A stretch of DNA of 64,000 bases from Glaucostegus cemiculus (taxonomy: Eukaryota). Where the stretch lies: assembly GCA_976551045.1 (NCBI GenBank), contig CDPCPM010000146.1, positions 806,001-870,000 of the forward strand, given 5' to 3'. The position numbers and the translations under genes were made by a program. Shown here one piece after another: positions 1-13,695 of this stretch. Positions within the stretch are counted from its first letter, which is position 1; every line of letters begins with the position of its first letter. Below the pieces are notes generated by a model. That model made no database searches. It was not told where the DNA came from and saw only the letters and a program-made list of their open reading frames with translations.

Positions 1-1723
1 GAATTGTCTACTCTTATAAAATACTCAATGTACAGTGTGCTTACAGCGAGTAAGCAAACTTCTACAAAATGGACAATGTAACTTCATTATCCCAGACTTA
101 TGAAATCATATACAGACTTACTTATCCATCTCCAGCCTTATCATATTGCCCTAGAAATATTCAGCATCGAATTGCAAGACATAATCGTCCAGATTCTGTG
201 GTAAAAATAACATCGAAGCCACCAGCTCTCACTGTTAATAAAGAGTAAACTGAATAGCAACTCCCAGTGACCACATGTATGTAGTAAAATATGGAAATCA
301 GGAAATTGTCATCAGACTTGTCCAGCTTCTCTGGAAGCTCTGTAGTAACAGTATTTCAGTGAGAAATGCAACACTGAAACACATAGAAAGACCTGAAGTT
401 GCAGTATACCTAAAACCTGAAAAAGCCGAGTCTTGGCCATTACTATGTAATCAATGTGGCACATTTTAAATCAGTCCCAAGCATACTGTGGCACTGGAAA
501 TCAATGATCATCTTCTCATTCCTTCACATTTTAATTACTGATTTTCTTCTAGTCTTTAAAGTTCTGTTCCATTTCTTGTTCCCCCCCCCCTGACATAACC
601 ATGTCTCATTGCCAATTCTTTTGACAGATGGACCATGATGTAATAGGTACATTTTTAAGCATTAGTGTAACACTGGGACACTTTCACATTTAAAACAAAC
701 AAGCTGCCATCCTCTAGTCAAAATAGCTTAACAATAATGAACAAGAATTCAGAATCCAATGAATCTGCCTGACCAGCTCCACTTGGAGAAAATGACACAT
801 CAAAAATAATGGAGTAAAGATTTTCTTAAGGCACCAGCCAATGTTCAACATGTGAAACAAGGTGAAAAGTGATGGCATTTGATGCAAATCCTTGAACTGG
901 ATAAGAAACTGAAGAGCAGAAAACAAACAATACTTGTTGGATGAGCTACAGTGAAATAGGAGTGTACAGAGTACAGTGCACAGAGCTGGATATTCAACGA
1001 TCAATGATGAGATTATTGTGCTTCTAATTTACTTACAATTTCAACTCAGATATTCAATGTGAATTAGCCAAGATGTACCTAAACCAGAGGGAGCAGTGGT
1101 GGTGAAAGAGACAATTTATAAACAGCAGAATGAGGTCAATCAAATATTAAAGCATGCAGATTAATTACAAGACAGAACTATAGAGTACAGCATGATGCAA
1201 GTGCTGTATAAATGCTGTTGGAATGGCTACGGATGACAATTACAGTGATTTAGGGCGTAGAACAGAAAGTTAAATGGAAATAATTTAGGACAGATGGCAA
1301 GAAAATATTTTAGACATGTAAAGTTTGAGAAGCTGTGGTTATACTGCTCTTGCTGAATGGAGTTTACTTTTAAGAATAACCAAAAAAAATAATATAAAAG
1401 GGCACATGGGACTATGGAATTGGGGCTGTTGGTCATATGGAGGATTAACACCAATACTGACTAACTGCCTGAATGACTTGTTTCAATGCAGTAATTTCCA
1501 TGAAATACCAAGTTTAATCAGTTGTCCAGCACTGAGCCCATGCATCAGAAGTTTCAGCTGCAACAATTCTAGACTGTTGGACCATTAATCATTATTAACC
1601 ACAGTTTATCTTTTACAGAAGTATGCTTATCTACTCATTTGTAAGACTATGGATTTTAAATATAATCATTTATAAAGACTGATTAACCCAGGGAAGAATC
1701 AAGTTGTATTTACACATACCTAC

Positions 1724-2172
1724 CTTGTTAACCAGTGGCCAAAGTCAGGCTTCTGAGCATACTTGATTCCCGTCTGATTCAGGCTGCGGAGCAGCCGACA
1801 AAACACAAGGATAACCCACGGGCTTGATAAAACCAACCATTTTTCATAATTTCTACCCGATCGTACATAATCTTTTGATTTATCATCTTCTGGGTCAAGA
1901 GAGGATGTTTCAAACAAACCGTGGATTGCGGTCTGCTGCTCATCATCTTCTGGATTCCATTTTTTGGCTTTATCTTTAGGGTCACTGGCTGCAAAATATT
2001 TCCGGCAGGCATCTTGAAAGAACACCAATAAAAGTGTGTTGACTAAAAAGAACCATGTTTGATGTTCTTCTTCTATAAAACTGCTGGAACCCAGACTCAG
2101 AGTGTGTCCAAAAGTCCCAAGCAACAGAACCAGATCCAGCTCTGACCAGCTAGAACAATCTGCAGCACAACT
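1724..2172 (-). CDS. PIGG: PIGG coding exon 9; later exons not found and probably beyond the left edge
   Basis: Pyrimidine tract + ACAG|AGT ... AG|GTAGG; 449 nt; WSELDL...GHTLSLGSSSFIEEEHQTWFF...RLLRSLNQTG...PDFGHWL. Confidence 0.94.
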
Positions 2173-2369
2173 CTGTTAGGGAAAGAAAACTCTCCAGTTA
2201 GTAGGAACTTGTCCATTATGAATTTATATAACTACCATAATTCATATTATTCAGAAATCAAATGCTAACTTAAAAGGTGCTCTCACAGAGCCAAATTTTG
2301 GGTTTCACTAAAAAAAAAGAGAATTATGGGAGAACTGCAAAAAGTCTCAGATGAAAATTTAAAAAAAAA

Positions 2370-5330
2370 ACAGCAGGTGCAAGAAACAAAGCAGAAAATG
2401 ATAGAAACATTCGGGTCAGGCAGCAATTGTGGAAAGAGAAAAAGAGGTCATGCTTCAGGTTGAAGGCACTTCATGAGAGCCAAGAAAGTGAGGAAACATG
2501 GGGAGTTATGGACAAGACAAAGGAAATCTCTCTGATAAGGTGAGGCCAGAATTGCCACCGGGATAAGTTGTACAGGTCATTCAGATGATGTGTGAGTGGA
2601 GGGGATAGTCAGGGATATACTAGATCAAAAGCTATGAGATAAGGGCAGCTTAGGAGTGAGAATACAGACAAAGGAACATAATAAAGGTTTGAAAATAGTG
2701 GTGTAGGATATGCCCAATAGGGAAGGCTACGCTAATGGAGAGAGAAAATCTGACCCATTCAGAGATGGATGGTTTACAGCAAGAATAGGCAGTTCTGATA
2801 CAAAAGAGAGAAACACCTGAAGATGCAGAATTTGATACCGAGTATGGAAGATAATGGTGCTAATCCTCAAGCTTACTTTGGACATAATTATACAGTACAA
2901 GGCATGGATCAGAATGAGAGGGGGTAGAGAACTGAAGTGGCAGGCAGCTTTGAGTCACCCCTGCAGATTGAATGCAGGTGCTCCACAAAGTGAACACACA
3001 ATCTATGAATTGATAGACTAGGTTTGAAGAAGAGCTAGTGAATTGTGGCATCGCTTGGGTTCCTGAATTGTGGAAAGTGGAAGGAGGACAAGTGTGGCAT
3101 CTCTAATGGTTGCAGGTAGAATGTTGGACAGACTGATGGTAGATGAAATTTAATCCAGACAAGTGAAAGGTAATGCACATTGGGAAATCAAATTCTGGCA
3201 GGGACCTTAAGAGCAGTGATGAAGAGATCTTGGGGTGCAAGTCTATAGCTCTCAGAAAGTGTTGATACCAGTGGATAGGGTAGTGAAAAAAGCATTTTGT
3301 TTGCTTGCCTTCATAGGCTGAGGCTGTATAAGTGCTGGGATGTTGTGTTTCAGATGTACAGAATATTGGTTGAGCTGCACTTAGTGTATTAAGTCCTGGT
3401 TGCCACACTGCAGGGTATAGTAACAATAAAGAGAGAGCAGAAGAGATTCAATAGGACGTTGCCTGGAATGCAGGGCTGTAGTCATAAGGAGAGATTGGGC
3501 AGGCAGAGTTTATTCTCACTGGCATGTACGAGGGGTGACTTTATAGGAGGTTTATATAATTATGAGTAGCATAGATAGGCTAGATAGTTAGTTAGAATCT
3601 TTTTTCCAGAGCAGGAGAGTCTAGAAGTAGAGGGCATAGGTTTAAGGTGAAGATGGGCAAGTTTTTCCCACACACACACAGAGGGTGGTGAATACCTGGA
3701 TCAAACTCCCAAAGGAAGTGGTGGAGGCAGATACAAGTGCAATGCTTAAAAGGGATCTGGCCTTGCACTGGGATAGGAAAGGTGTGCAGGGATATAGGCC
3801 TAATGTGGGCAAATGGAACTAGCATAGGTAGGCATCATGGTCAGCATGGATGAGATGGGCTGTAAAGGTGTGTTTCCGTGGAGGAAGTTTCTATGAGTCT
3901 ATGCACGGGGAAGTGTTACAAGAGGACTGGTTGGGAGTATTGGAAGAGCAGACCAGGGAATCATGGAGGGGATTAATCCCTTTGAAGTGTGGAAAGGAGA
4001 GTGAACAATGCATTTGCTGATGGAAATTGCAAAGGATGATCCACTGAGTGCGAATGATGGTGGGGATTAGGAGAACTCCTTGCTGTTCAGAAGAGTGTGT
4101 GAGATCAGAAGTGTGGGAAATACTTGATATGCAGTCAGGGTCTCTATCAGCTATGGTAGAGGGGAAGCCACCTCTGTGGAAAGACCCATCATTGGAGCAA
4201 ATAGGATGGAGATGAAGGAACTGGGTTAAAGGAATGGAGTTCTTAGAGAAGACAGAGTAGAAGGAAGTATAGTCAGAAGATAACTGTGGGAACTTGTTGG
4301 CTAAAAATTGATACTTTTCTCTAACCTATCCTTAGAGTTAGAAGCAGAGAGATCCAGAAAGGGAAGAAAAGGGTCTGAGATGGACTATGAAGGGGAGAGC
4401 AAGGTGGAAATTGACAGCAAAAGTAATGAAATTATCAAGTTCTGTAGGAGTGCAGGAAGCAGCACCAAGAGTTGACGGAGAGGGCCCAAGTAGGTCCAAA
4501 ACAAAACGTTCCACATATCCTACAAAAAGGTACAGCTTATACCCACCTTGCTGCACTACACCTTTAATCTGGAGAACATGAGTGGAAATGAAGGAGCTGT
4601 TTGATGTGAATGAGTATGTTGGAAGGCTGCAAACTAGTCAGGTCTCTATTCAGGAGAGAAACGGAGGGCCCTCAGACTGTCCTGAAGTAGGATGGAGGTG
4701 TGGCTGTATTACATGTTTATTGTAAAAGTGTAAAGATGAGTTGATTGGGACCAAGGTATTGAAAAGTGTCAAAGTGGCAGAGGGTATCAAGGGTAGGTGG
4801 GGAGGCTCTGGACCAAGGAAAATTGAGTCAAGGCAGGAAGGAGCAAGTTCAATAGGACAAATGCAGATGGAAACAATGACAGACAATCCTGTTTGTGGAT
4901 TTTGGGCAGGAGATAGAACCAGACTGTGAGACTACATGCTGGAAGCTGTGGAGGGAAGATCTCCAGAGAAAAAGTGGCCTATGACCTTCTGGGAGACAAT
5001 GGTCTGATGGTCAGTGGTGGGGTCATGCTTTAGAGAGAGGTACGAGAATGAATCTAAGAGCTGGGGTCTGACCTCCGCAAGATACAAGTTAGTTTGCCAA
5101 ACTACAAAAGCACCATCCTATTCAACAAGGTTTGATGATGATCAGGGCTTGTTCTTAATGAACTGAGTGTTGCAAGTTCAGAAGAGGGCCAGTTAGAGTG
5201 AATGAGGGGAGTGGAAAAATTAAGGTAGTCAAGGTCACGCCAACAGTTCAATAGACCTGGAGGTCAGAGATTGGGGTCCAGATGGATTAGGAATTCTGAA
5301 AGCAAAGGATCCAAGGTCTGACCTGAAGGG
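2370..5330 (-). mobile_element. Degraded Penelope-like element (RT, GIY-YIG, pseudo-LTR) in PIGG intron 8, with a nested CR1
   Basis: RT-like LFVGYVE...ELDNFITFAVNFH (~4400-4540); GIY-YIG-like QFTSSSSNLVY (~3000-3050); pLTR-like sequence at ~2370-2480. Confidence 0.72.
3110..3900 (+). mobile_element. Degraded CR1 3' fragment nested in the Penelope element
   Basis: W.M.FNPDKC.VMH.G-like segment, RGHRFKV, and a CR1-type 3' tail. Confidence 0.8.
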
Positions 5331-6305
5331 CAGAGATAGAAGAGTTTGGCGTTACATTGGGCTTGGAATTCATTACGATGGAGTAGGAGGAGTACGTGAT
5401 CAAGTCTCTTAAAAAAAACATCAATTACATTGTGAAAGGAGGTAGACTTTATGGTGTGGTTGAACAAAGGGTGCTGGAAGGTACAAGTCCCAAGATCAGA
5501 ACCCACAACCTGTTGTTCACAGAGAAAGTAACATCACTGAGCTACTGCTATCTACTTCTGGGTAGCCTTTTCCATTTTTACACTTTTGAACACTTCTATC
5601 AAAAAGAGTCCCATTATTTGTTCCATTAAATAATGTGCAATTATTCTTTATCGACATTCCTCACACTAAGAATCAGTGTTGTACCCTCTATAAATGGCTC
5701 AGTTATCATTGTGTTAACCCCAATACTGCATAGAATACTATAAATGACATGTTTTTTATACAGGTTCATTATTACTACTTCTGGAGTTCCTTCAAACTAA
5801 CAGTATCACACTTGACAAAAATAGTGTTGTGCAAACGTGCATCTGCACATTTGGTTGGAAAATACTTATCACTGACCGTATGGAATTCTGCCTGATTTTA
5901 AATAATCCCTTCATATACTTTTGCTTGTTCCTTAGGATTTTCTAAAGAACTAAAAGCTTTCTGCAGTAGTATCATTTGCACTCCCTTTATGGTTTTAAGC
6001 TAGGAATAAATCAGAAAGAACCAGACAAGTTCATTCAGGACTAAAGTTAATTTTTCTCCAAACTGCCATTTTCAGAATGGACAAATTGCATTTTAACCAA
6101 AGCCAAAACCTTCCCATAAGATTTCTTTCCAATGTTAACAGCTGAAATGACCTTGTTACAAGCACACCCAGATGCAAGTATAGACTTGAGTGTCTAAACC
6201 AGAATTTAATTAAAATACAATTGCTAGCCTAAGACCACACTTGTTAAAAGGGCACTTTAAAACTAAAATACTCTCGTCTTAGAAACAGACAAGGTACATC
6301 CTCAC

Positions 6306-6587
6306 CTTATGTTGAGGTTTTCCATTAGCAAAACACCTCCAAAGAGTTGAAAAGAGCACACACTGCAAGGCAGATATCAGTACAATCACTGTTGCAACCA
6401 GTAGCCAGGACACATTACAAAAGTAGCAAGATGTTGTGGTCGATGTACACACAACAGCATGAATCGCTGCAAACATCAGACACTGCAGGTAGAATAGGAG
6501 GGAGTAGAATGGTGATGACACAGGTACTTCAAATTCAGCAGTGCTGCCCAGTGCCTCTGGAGTACTTAATACCAGAAGGAAAATAAC
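6306..6587 (-). CDS. PIGG: PIGG coding exon 8 (transmembrane region)
   Basis: TTTAG|GTT ... AAG|GTGAG; 282 nt; VIFLLVLSTPEAL...FSLLFY-like segment and HAVVCTS...SCYFC. Confidence 0.93.
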
Positions 6588-8121
6588 CTAAAAATAGAAT
6601 ATATACATCAGAGACTGATGATTTCCAATAAAAATAACAAAATTACTATGATTTATTAATCATACCAGTGGTATTAATATATGTATGACACCCGCAGCTT
6701 CCATTGTTTTGAGAGTTCCATCTTGTGGCCGGAGTGTTCAACTACAGGTGTGAGGGGAGATCTGTCGTACCAACTGAGAAAGTGAAAGAGGAACCTCAGG
6801 ATTTTACCTAAGTGTGATGAGGGACATGATCTTTGTTCAAGATGGTGCTACTTAAGAGATGAGGACATTCCCAAGAGTTCACTGCTCTTGGTGGTACAGT
6901 TAACAGTTCTGCATCATACACTTAAAAGTGCCATCAAATTCAAGATAACCATGAGTATGCAAAGCCCTGAACTTGCCAGTCTCCTTTTGACAGTGATTCT
7001 CCAACTGGATTCCTTCTGAGTTTGGTTAATACTTCTCTCTTTTTATTTCAAAAAGAAAAATGAGTGCACTTAAAAAAAAAAATGATAAACACAATTTTTT
7101 TTAATGTTTCTGAAGCAAGCTTGATCGTCAACAATCTGGGGGCTGCTTCCATTTTGTGGATGGGGCTTATTCTGGCTTGCCTGTAGGACATTGCACAGTG
7201 TTTGCTGCCATGTGGGATAGCCATTTTGATTCAGGTGGTCTTTGCAAGTCAACACCTACAGGTGCAGCATGCCTGGACTTGCCACATTGTTCAGCAGTGA
7301 GCACAGGCAGCTTAACACTGATACTAAAGTTTTGGCCCATTGAGCCTCTTCTCAGTGATGGTCTGCAGGATGTTAAGAGTCACTTGATTGATGATGCCAA
7401 TGAAGAACATTGTCAAAGTAGCTGATTATCCTTGGTAACAGAGGATTCATTGTCTAAGCAACACACATTGCTTAATCCAAACTTAGATCAGCCCGAGTAT
7501 TGCTGCAGCTTATGGTGACCTATACACATAACAGCTTCTTAACTTGTTCAATGAACAAAAACAGCTAAATGTTCTTGCCTCATCTCTTGCATTCAACTGC
7601 TAATCCACTGAATGCTGCTGCAACTCCCCAGTTCTTCATCTTCTTTGATTTAGTAGAACTCAGTGCCCTCTGGTTATTAACATTTTTGCCAGAGGCAAGA
7701 ATCCTTCATCTTTTCTTTCAATATGGCATAATTATGCTTATATCTCCTCTTAACCCTTTCTGTACCAAGGACAACAATCCAAACTTTACACATCCATGTA
7801 GCTTTAAAATAAATCTTCTCTCCTCAACCTGCATGTGTTCAGTAGACATGCACTTTTTAAACACTGTAAAACAAAGGGTCATAAACACATCTTAAACCTG
7901 CCACTTGCACAAGCAGAGGCCTAACCTGTTCTGGAAGCGCATTGTGTCACAGATGGAGCAGCCTTTACCAAGAGGACATGTGCTATAATTCCTGCATGGA
8001 ACGATGCCTCAATCAATCCAAATTGCAAGCCACCATCTACTTTATAAAAATTGTAAAAAAAAATTGTAAAGGAACAGTGAGGCGAGGAAAGAAGAAATGA
8101 ATATTATGTAATAGACCCTAC

Positions 8122-8339
8122 CTCCACCACAATGATTGTTCCAACAATCATCGAGTACATATCATACTGTGCCACAATTTTGGAAAGCGAGGAGCTCATG
8201 AACTTCACCGCATCCAAATACTGCCGCAACACCTTTTTTCCTATGTTTGCAAGAGTCTCCGAAGTGTTACCTTCCAAATAAAGTTTGATCCAAGAACCAT
8301 GAGATTTTAGTGCTATTTGAAATAGTTTGTACCCAGCAT
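8122..8339 (-). CDS. PIGG: PIGG coding exon 7
   Basis: GCAG|AT ... GAG|GTAGG; 218 nt; HGSWIKLYLEGN...KVLRQYL...AQYDMYSMIVG. Confidence 0.94.
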
Positions 8340-9009
8340 CTGCAAAAAGATCAAAACAAAACACTGTTCAGGGTGAGGGAGTTTGTCACAATAAAAGTAT
8401 TCAGCAATCTGTTATGTAATCTCAGTTAACTAAGTTATGGTCAAATGAATCCTGCAAAACACCCCTATTTGGAGAAAAAAAGAACTTGCAAGAGGAAACT
8501 TACAAACAAACTTTGGGACAGATTGCATAAACCCTGGCACAGTTCCAATCCAGGATACATCACTTCCAGTCCAAATAATATTTTCTCCTCTTGTTCATCA
8601 AGCAACTTTTTCTTCTGCATCACATATTCAAATACATCTAATTGTTACAGTAAAATTCATTTCAACATTTTGAAGAATGATACAAACACAGTATTTCTTC
8701 AATTTATCCAGTTTCCTTTTAAAAAAATTCCCTACAAATCCATTACGTACAACTTATCTTTTAACAAAGTTATGTCGGTATTTCAAAATGCTCCTGATGT
8801 TAACTTCAAATTATGGATTCCAAGAGGTTATTCATAACTTTGATTAGATTAACTGATCTAGAAAGAATTTACCTTCTTTTCTTGAATAAAGGTACCATAG
8901 CAGTCACTCTTACAACCCAGGTTGTACAAGTAAAAATTGTGAAACATTTTCTCTTCTTTTTGTTTCAATGCCCAACAACTTGCATATCTTTTTACTAAGA
9001 TGTTTATAG

Positions 9010-9440
9010 TGCACCTTGCTGTTTATATAGCAAAAAAAAGGCTCAAGGACATTTCAAATGAGATTTACCAGATGAAATCTTATATCAAGCCACAAAAGCT
9101 AATAGGGTAGTATTCAAAAGCTTGGTCAAAGAGATGGGTTTGTGGAGCATCTTAAGAGGAAAGTTAGGAGGCTTAATGAGGGAATTCCCCTGTTTTTCCC
9201 AAAACAGTTGTGTAAAACAAAATGAAGAAAATCAGGGATGCTTGAGGCCAGAATTGGAGGAATGCCAGTTTCCCAAGAATTGCAAGGTTATGGGAGTTGG
9301 AACTAAGAGAGACAGGAAGTGGGAAGCCAAATGAAGGATTAAAAACAAGGATTAAAATATTAATTTTAAAGCTTTAGTAGACAGGAAGTCAATGTAACAG
9401 AGGGATGATGGTAGAATGAGATTGTGAGTTAGCTAAAGCA
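9010..9440 (-). mobile_element. Old L2-like 3' fragment
   Basis: AAAGCTTGGTCAAAGAG.TGGGTTT..GGAGCATCTTAA...GAGGGAATTCC; similar relics near 34150-34500, 53270-53420 and 60790-61130. Confidence 0.5.
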
Positions 9441-9818
9441 GGGGCTCAAACAATAAATGCAGTTTTACAAATCTTGCTGAAAATGCAAATGAACAGGCTT
9501 CAGATTCAATTCAATTTGAATCAACCTGGAACAGTGAAAAGATTTCAGGGTACATCACGTGCTAAGAGGAGGAAGTAGTGTAATTCACAGTTCATTAAAA
9601 TTCTTACTGTACACTTATGGATACCCAAAGTATCTCAAAACTAACCATCAGCCAGAAGTAAACAGGAGAGAATATGCTTATTATTTTGAAGCAATAATAT
9701 CGAAGTGTAGAGCAATAAACTGAACTGGCAGACATTTATGACAAAAAAATCCTTCTCATTTGATTTAATGTGAAGACTTCTCCATGGTGCTGTCTGAAAC
9801 ACAGCAGAATGGCCTCAC

Positions 9819-10031
9819 CTCTCTCATATGCAGGAATACTCTCTTGAATCAGCACACTAAGTTGGTAGCCATTAAGATGCATGTATCTTAGCTGTTCTCG
9901 TAAAGATCGTTCCTCAAGGACAGATGGAATGAGATGTCCCAAGTTGTTCCGAGGGATAGGCAAACCAAATCCTAATGCTAAAGTGGATGTGAGATCGGTT
10001 TGCTCCACATGTTCAGAAGCAACAAAGGAAT
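9819..10031 (-). CDS. PIGG: PIGG coding exon 6
   Basis: CCTAG|AT ... AGAG|GTGAG; 213 nt, phase 1-1; VEQTDLTSTLALGFGLPIPRNNLG. Confidence 0.95.
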
Positions 10032-10169
10032 CTAGGAATATGATTAAAAAAATTAAATATTTTATCTAGGATCCAGAAATAAGATCACACAAGATTTATT
10101 CCAGAGGTTAATTTAACAGCAGAAACCTTCATTTTATAACATTTTGATCTGCAAAATTAATCTAAGAAA

Positions 10170-10350
10170 GCAAAATATGCTGGATATCTGAAATAAAAAT
10201 TAAGAATGCTGGAGATACTCAGCAGATCAGGAAGTATCTGTGAAAACAGAAACAAAATACCTGATGAAAGTTCACAGAGCTGAAATGATAACTCTGTTCC
10301 TCTCTCCATGGATGCTACCCAACTTGTTGAGTATCTCCAGCATTTTCCGA
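10170..10350. mobile_element. Fold-back Penelope pLTR-derived element
   Basis: Arms AATGCTGGAGATACTCAGCAG and TTGTTGAGTATCTCCAGCATT; central CTGATGA...GAAA. Confidence 0.7.
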
Positions 10351-11008
10351 TTCTGAAATAAAAACATCAAGGTGCACATTTCTGGTTTTACGAAGAATAT
10401 AAAATGTGCCATTTGTTTAAAGATTCAAAACGTTACACACTCCCATTCTTGAGTTTTTGCTTGTTTCTAAATTCACCAAGGATGCAGCCCGGAGCACCAC
10501 ACTTCAATGTTGCACTGTTTGCCTCAGCCTGCCCAATACTGGCCCTCACAGGGAGCCACTGTTTATTGGGTTCTCTTCACACCGAGCCACGCAACAATAT
10601 TTTAACCATTTCATTGCATTTGGAATGCCAGCAGAGGCCCAAGCCCCCAAATTCCCACAACAGTGCTGTTACTAACACATTTCTTCTTATATAGTGCTAC
10701 AATTGTAGTCCTGGTTCCAATAGTGATCTCATTCCTGGGGACACATCCTGAGCACCAAGTGGGATCCTAGTGTTTACCTTGGCTAATTAAAATTATAACC
10801 TCATTTTTGGTTTTGAATCTCACCAAAGGTGAGGAACAATCAGTCATAGTTCAAACAGAACTGAAAAAAATTAATTTAAACATTACAAAGAAATTGAATT
10901 ATGTAGTACTGGTAAAGGTCAGCACTTGAAGGATTCAAAAATAACAAAAATACACAAGATACTAAAACAGAACTTTTATAATTGTTATTCAGAATTTCTA
11001 TAACTCAC

Positions 11009-11141
11009 GTTTCTTTGCAAAAGCAGGGCTAATGAAAACAAGTGGAGTGTTCACTTCATGACTTGAAGATCCTCCGTGACTACCTGTATCTGACATACCA
11101 TGATCCCCACACAGTATCAATAAACTAGGCAGAGAGGCTTC
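11009..11141 (-). CDS. PIGG: PIGG coding exon 5 (not in ORF track)
   Basis: ACAG|GAA ... AAAC|GTGAG; 133 nt; hand translation EASLPSLLILCGDHGMSDTGSHGGSSSHEVNTPLVFISPAFAKK contains GDHGM...HGG. Confidence 0.95.
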
Positions 11142-11664
11142 CTGTAAAATGTCATACAGAAATATACATCAACATGTGGAATATAAATCACAACTCATTC
11201 CAAATAAGACCACACTACAAGTTTTGTTTTTAAATTTAAAAACCTAAGGTCCATAGGTGGAAATATTTTCGACACTGAAGTGTTCTGTGAACTTATTTTA
11301 TTAAAGTATAATACCCATACACAGACTCGCATCAAAACCAATAAAGAGAAGGATGAAGGGTGAAGAGCGAAGGCTGGGATAAACAGCAGGGGACAAGAAA
11401 AGTAAGGGTCCACGAGCTGAGAGGGAATAAGTGAAGAAACTTCGCAATTTAACCTTTTACATATTGGTGGGTTTCTGGTGATAACATGTAGTAATGCCTT
11501 CAGAGATAATAATACCCTTTCCCAAAGTTTTGTGCTGAAAGCTGAACATCCATACACCACATTAATTCTGACCAAAGTTCTATACAACTATAGCATTTTT
11601 TTTTTACATTGTTGAATTCCAGTAGTTTCAGGATTAATGCTAATTTTAACAAAACTTTACAAAC

Positions 11665-11853
11665 CTTGGACAGAAGTCCTACATGAAGCTTCTGAACAAT
11701 ATTATCCATTTCTGAGAGTTTTGGTCCAATCAAAGGACTATTTGGACCTGCCAGATGGCCAATATGATCTAATCCAAGGTAGTGCAAAATTAGTAGATCC
11801 CAATCATTTCTTTCTAGTACCTTATCCAAGTGCCTTGTTACATTTTCGTCAAC
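11665..11853 (-). CDS. PIGG: PIGG coding exon 4
   Basis: CAG|GTT ... AAG|GTTTG; 189 nt; VDENVTRHL...LILHYLGLDHIGH metal-ligand motif. Confidence 0.96.
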
Positions 11854-12722
11854 CTGTGAATATTTAATTTTATTTACTAGAAAGTCTATCTATAATAATG
11901 GTCAAAAGTAAAGCATCATACAAGAATAACCAACATTTATTTTATGGCACATTAGGAATCTCAAATACAAAACTATCACAGTTGAGTAACACTTGTTTTT
12001 ACTAGCACCTATGACTTAGCAAAGATTAAACAATAAGGTTCACAATTTCATTTTCTGGTGATCACAACAAAAGAACATTCATGGTGTGAAGGAAAGATGA
12101 TCAAAAAGGACTCTTGCATACTAAAAATTGGAACAAATCTTGGGACAATTGCTTAATGAAATAAATTAATTAATTTACATTAACAAGTAACTTGCATTTA
12201 TACAGTCACCTTCACATCCTCAAGCTGATTTAAAGAGCTTCAAAGCTAATAACATACAAATGTATTCTGGTCACCAGCATTAGAACTGCTATTGTGCATT
12301 GTACTCTGCTTCCAAAATTCAATTCCTTCATCTTCATTCACAGTGCAATTCTCAGTACTGGACTTTTTGTGCCTGACTAGAATACATTTTCAATTCTAGG
12401 GACTATACTGAACTAATAATCTTCTGACTCAGAGCTGAGAATGCAACACTGAACCATACAAGATAAACATCAAAGTATATCAGTTCAAACAAGGCAGGAT
12501 ATAAAAATAAAATATTATTCACACTTAAAAATTGTACATTTGAATGATTTATAAATCATGCTTCTTGTAAATTAAATGTTACTGTATTTTTTGGATATTT
12601 TACATGATTCACTTGGATACTATTAGGATTAGTTACCAAAAAAAATCAGACAAGACTAAAAGTGTCTCCAGAATTTGGACTGACACCAGACCAAGCAGAA
12701 AATATATCAAAAATACACTAAC

Positions 12723-12932
12723 CTCGGTATAATCAGATACAAAGAAAGAGGTAGTTCCATCATTTTCTATAAATTGATCAGGAAACATTCGGATCCATGT
12801 GTCATCACCATAGAACACGATTCTTTTACCAGCAGCTTTTGCCTGCCAGATTAGATTATCTTCCAGCAAAGCAGCAGAATTTAGGTTCATGATGATATCA
12901 ATAAATCCAGGTATTTTACCAGTCATCATTGC
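12723..12932 (-). CDS. PIGG: PIGG coding exon 3
   Basis: TTTAG|GCA ... GAG|GTTAG; 210 nt; AMMTGKIPGFIDI...FYGDDTW...SFFVSDYTE. Confidence 0.96.
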
Positions 12933-13489
12933 CTAAACAAATTCACACAGTTCCAACAAGAAAGAAAAATACCATCTGCAGTTTAGAAAATATGCAAAAA
13001 AGTTTAGTGTTCAAAGTCTTTTATTTCAGGCAAAGTTAAAATATGATAATTGATGATTATAGCAACTCGAAAATTCTATTCAAGCAGACCGTCCCAAGAA
13101 TGGTTCTGTTATGGTCTCCACTTAGCATCAGGTCTTCCCACACTATTTCCAGGCATAACAAGACTATAATGCTCCCATGCCTCTTTTAATGCATCAATTT
13201 GAGGAAATGACACCCGTTTACTAACAAAAGAATATGGCTTCTCTCTCTTCCTCACAAATCTTTTCAATGATAAAGATGTTATTTCTCTGTGAGACAACGC
13301 AAAGCAGAAATTCAAGCTACCAGAAACCACAGTCCAATTTACTCCATCACATTGTTGGAATTTGTCAGCCTAATTGTTACTCTTATCACAAGACCCACAC
13401 CAAAAATAAATCCTGGTGTTTTGCTGATGGCAATAAATTGTTCTTTATTTCCACTAACTGTAATTCATTTTTCTTTAAAAAAATCTTAC

Positions 13490-13695
13490 CTTAATTCTGG
13501 GCATAGTGACTGTTGGTGGCCAGGCTTTAGCAATAAAACTGTGTGATGAACCTCGTTCAACCAAATGCCGTGTATATGGCATAAATTGCCTTCCTTTATG
13601 TCCAAAGACAAAATCTTCTCTCAAAGCATCCACCAGCATAATCACAACTCTTCCAAATATCGGAGACGGTAGCTGTGTCCGGTTTGACACAAGGC
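13490..13695 (-). CDS. PIGG: PIGG coding exon 2 (alkaline-phosphatase-superfamily catalytic motifs)
   Basis: Acceptor TTTAG|GC, donor AAG|GTAAG; 206 nt; encodes VVIMLVDALREDF and PPTVTMPRIK. Confidence 0.96.

Noticed and set aside
1-1700. PIGG exon 10
   Set aside because: No minus-strand segment resembling the expected continuation was found by eye; it is probably outside the window.
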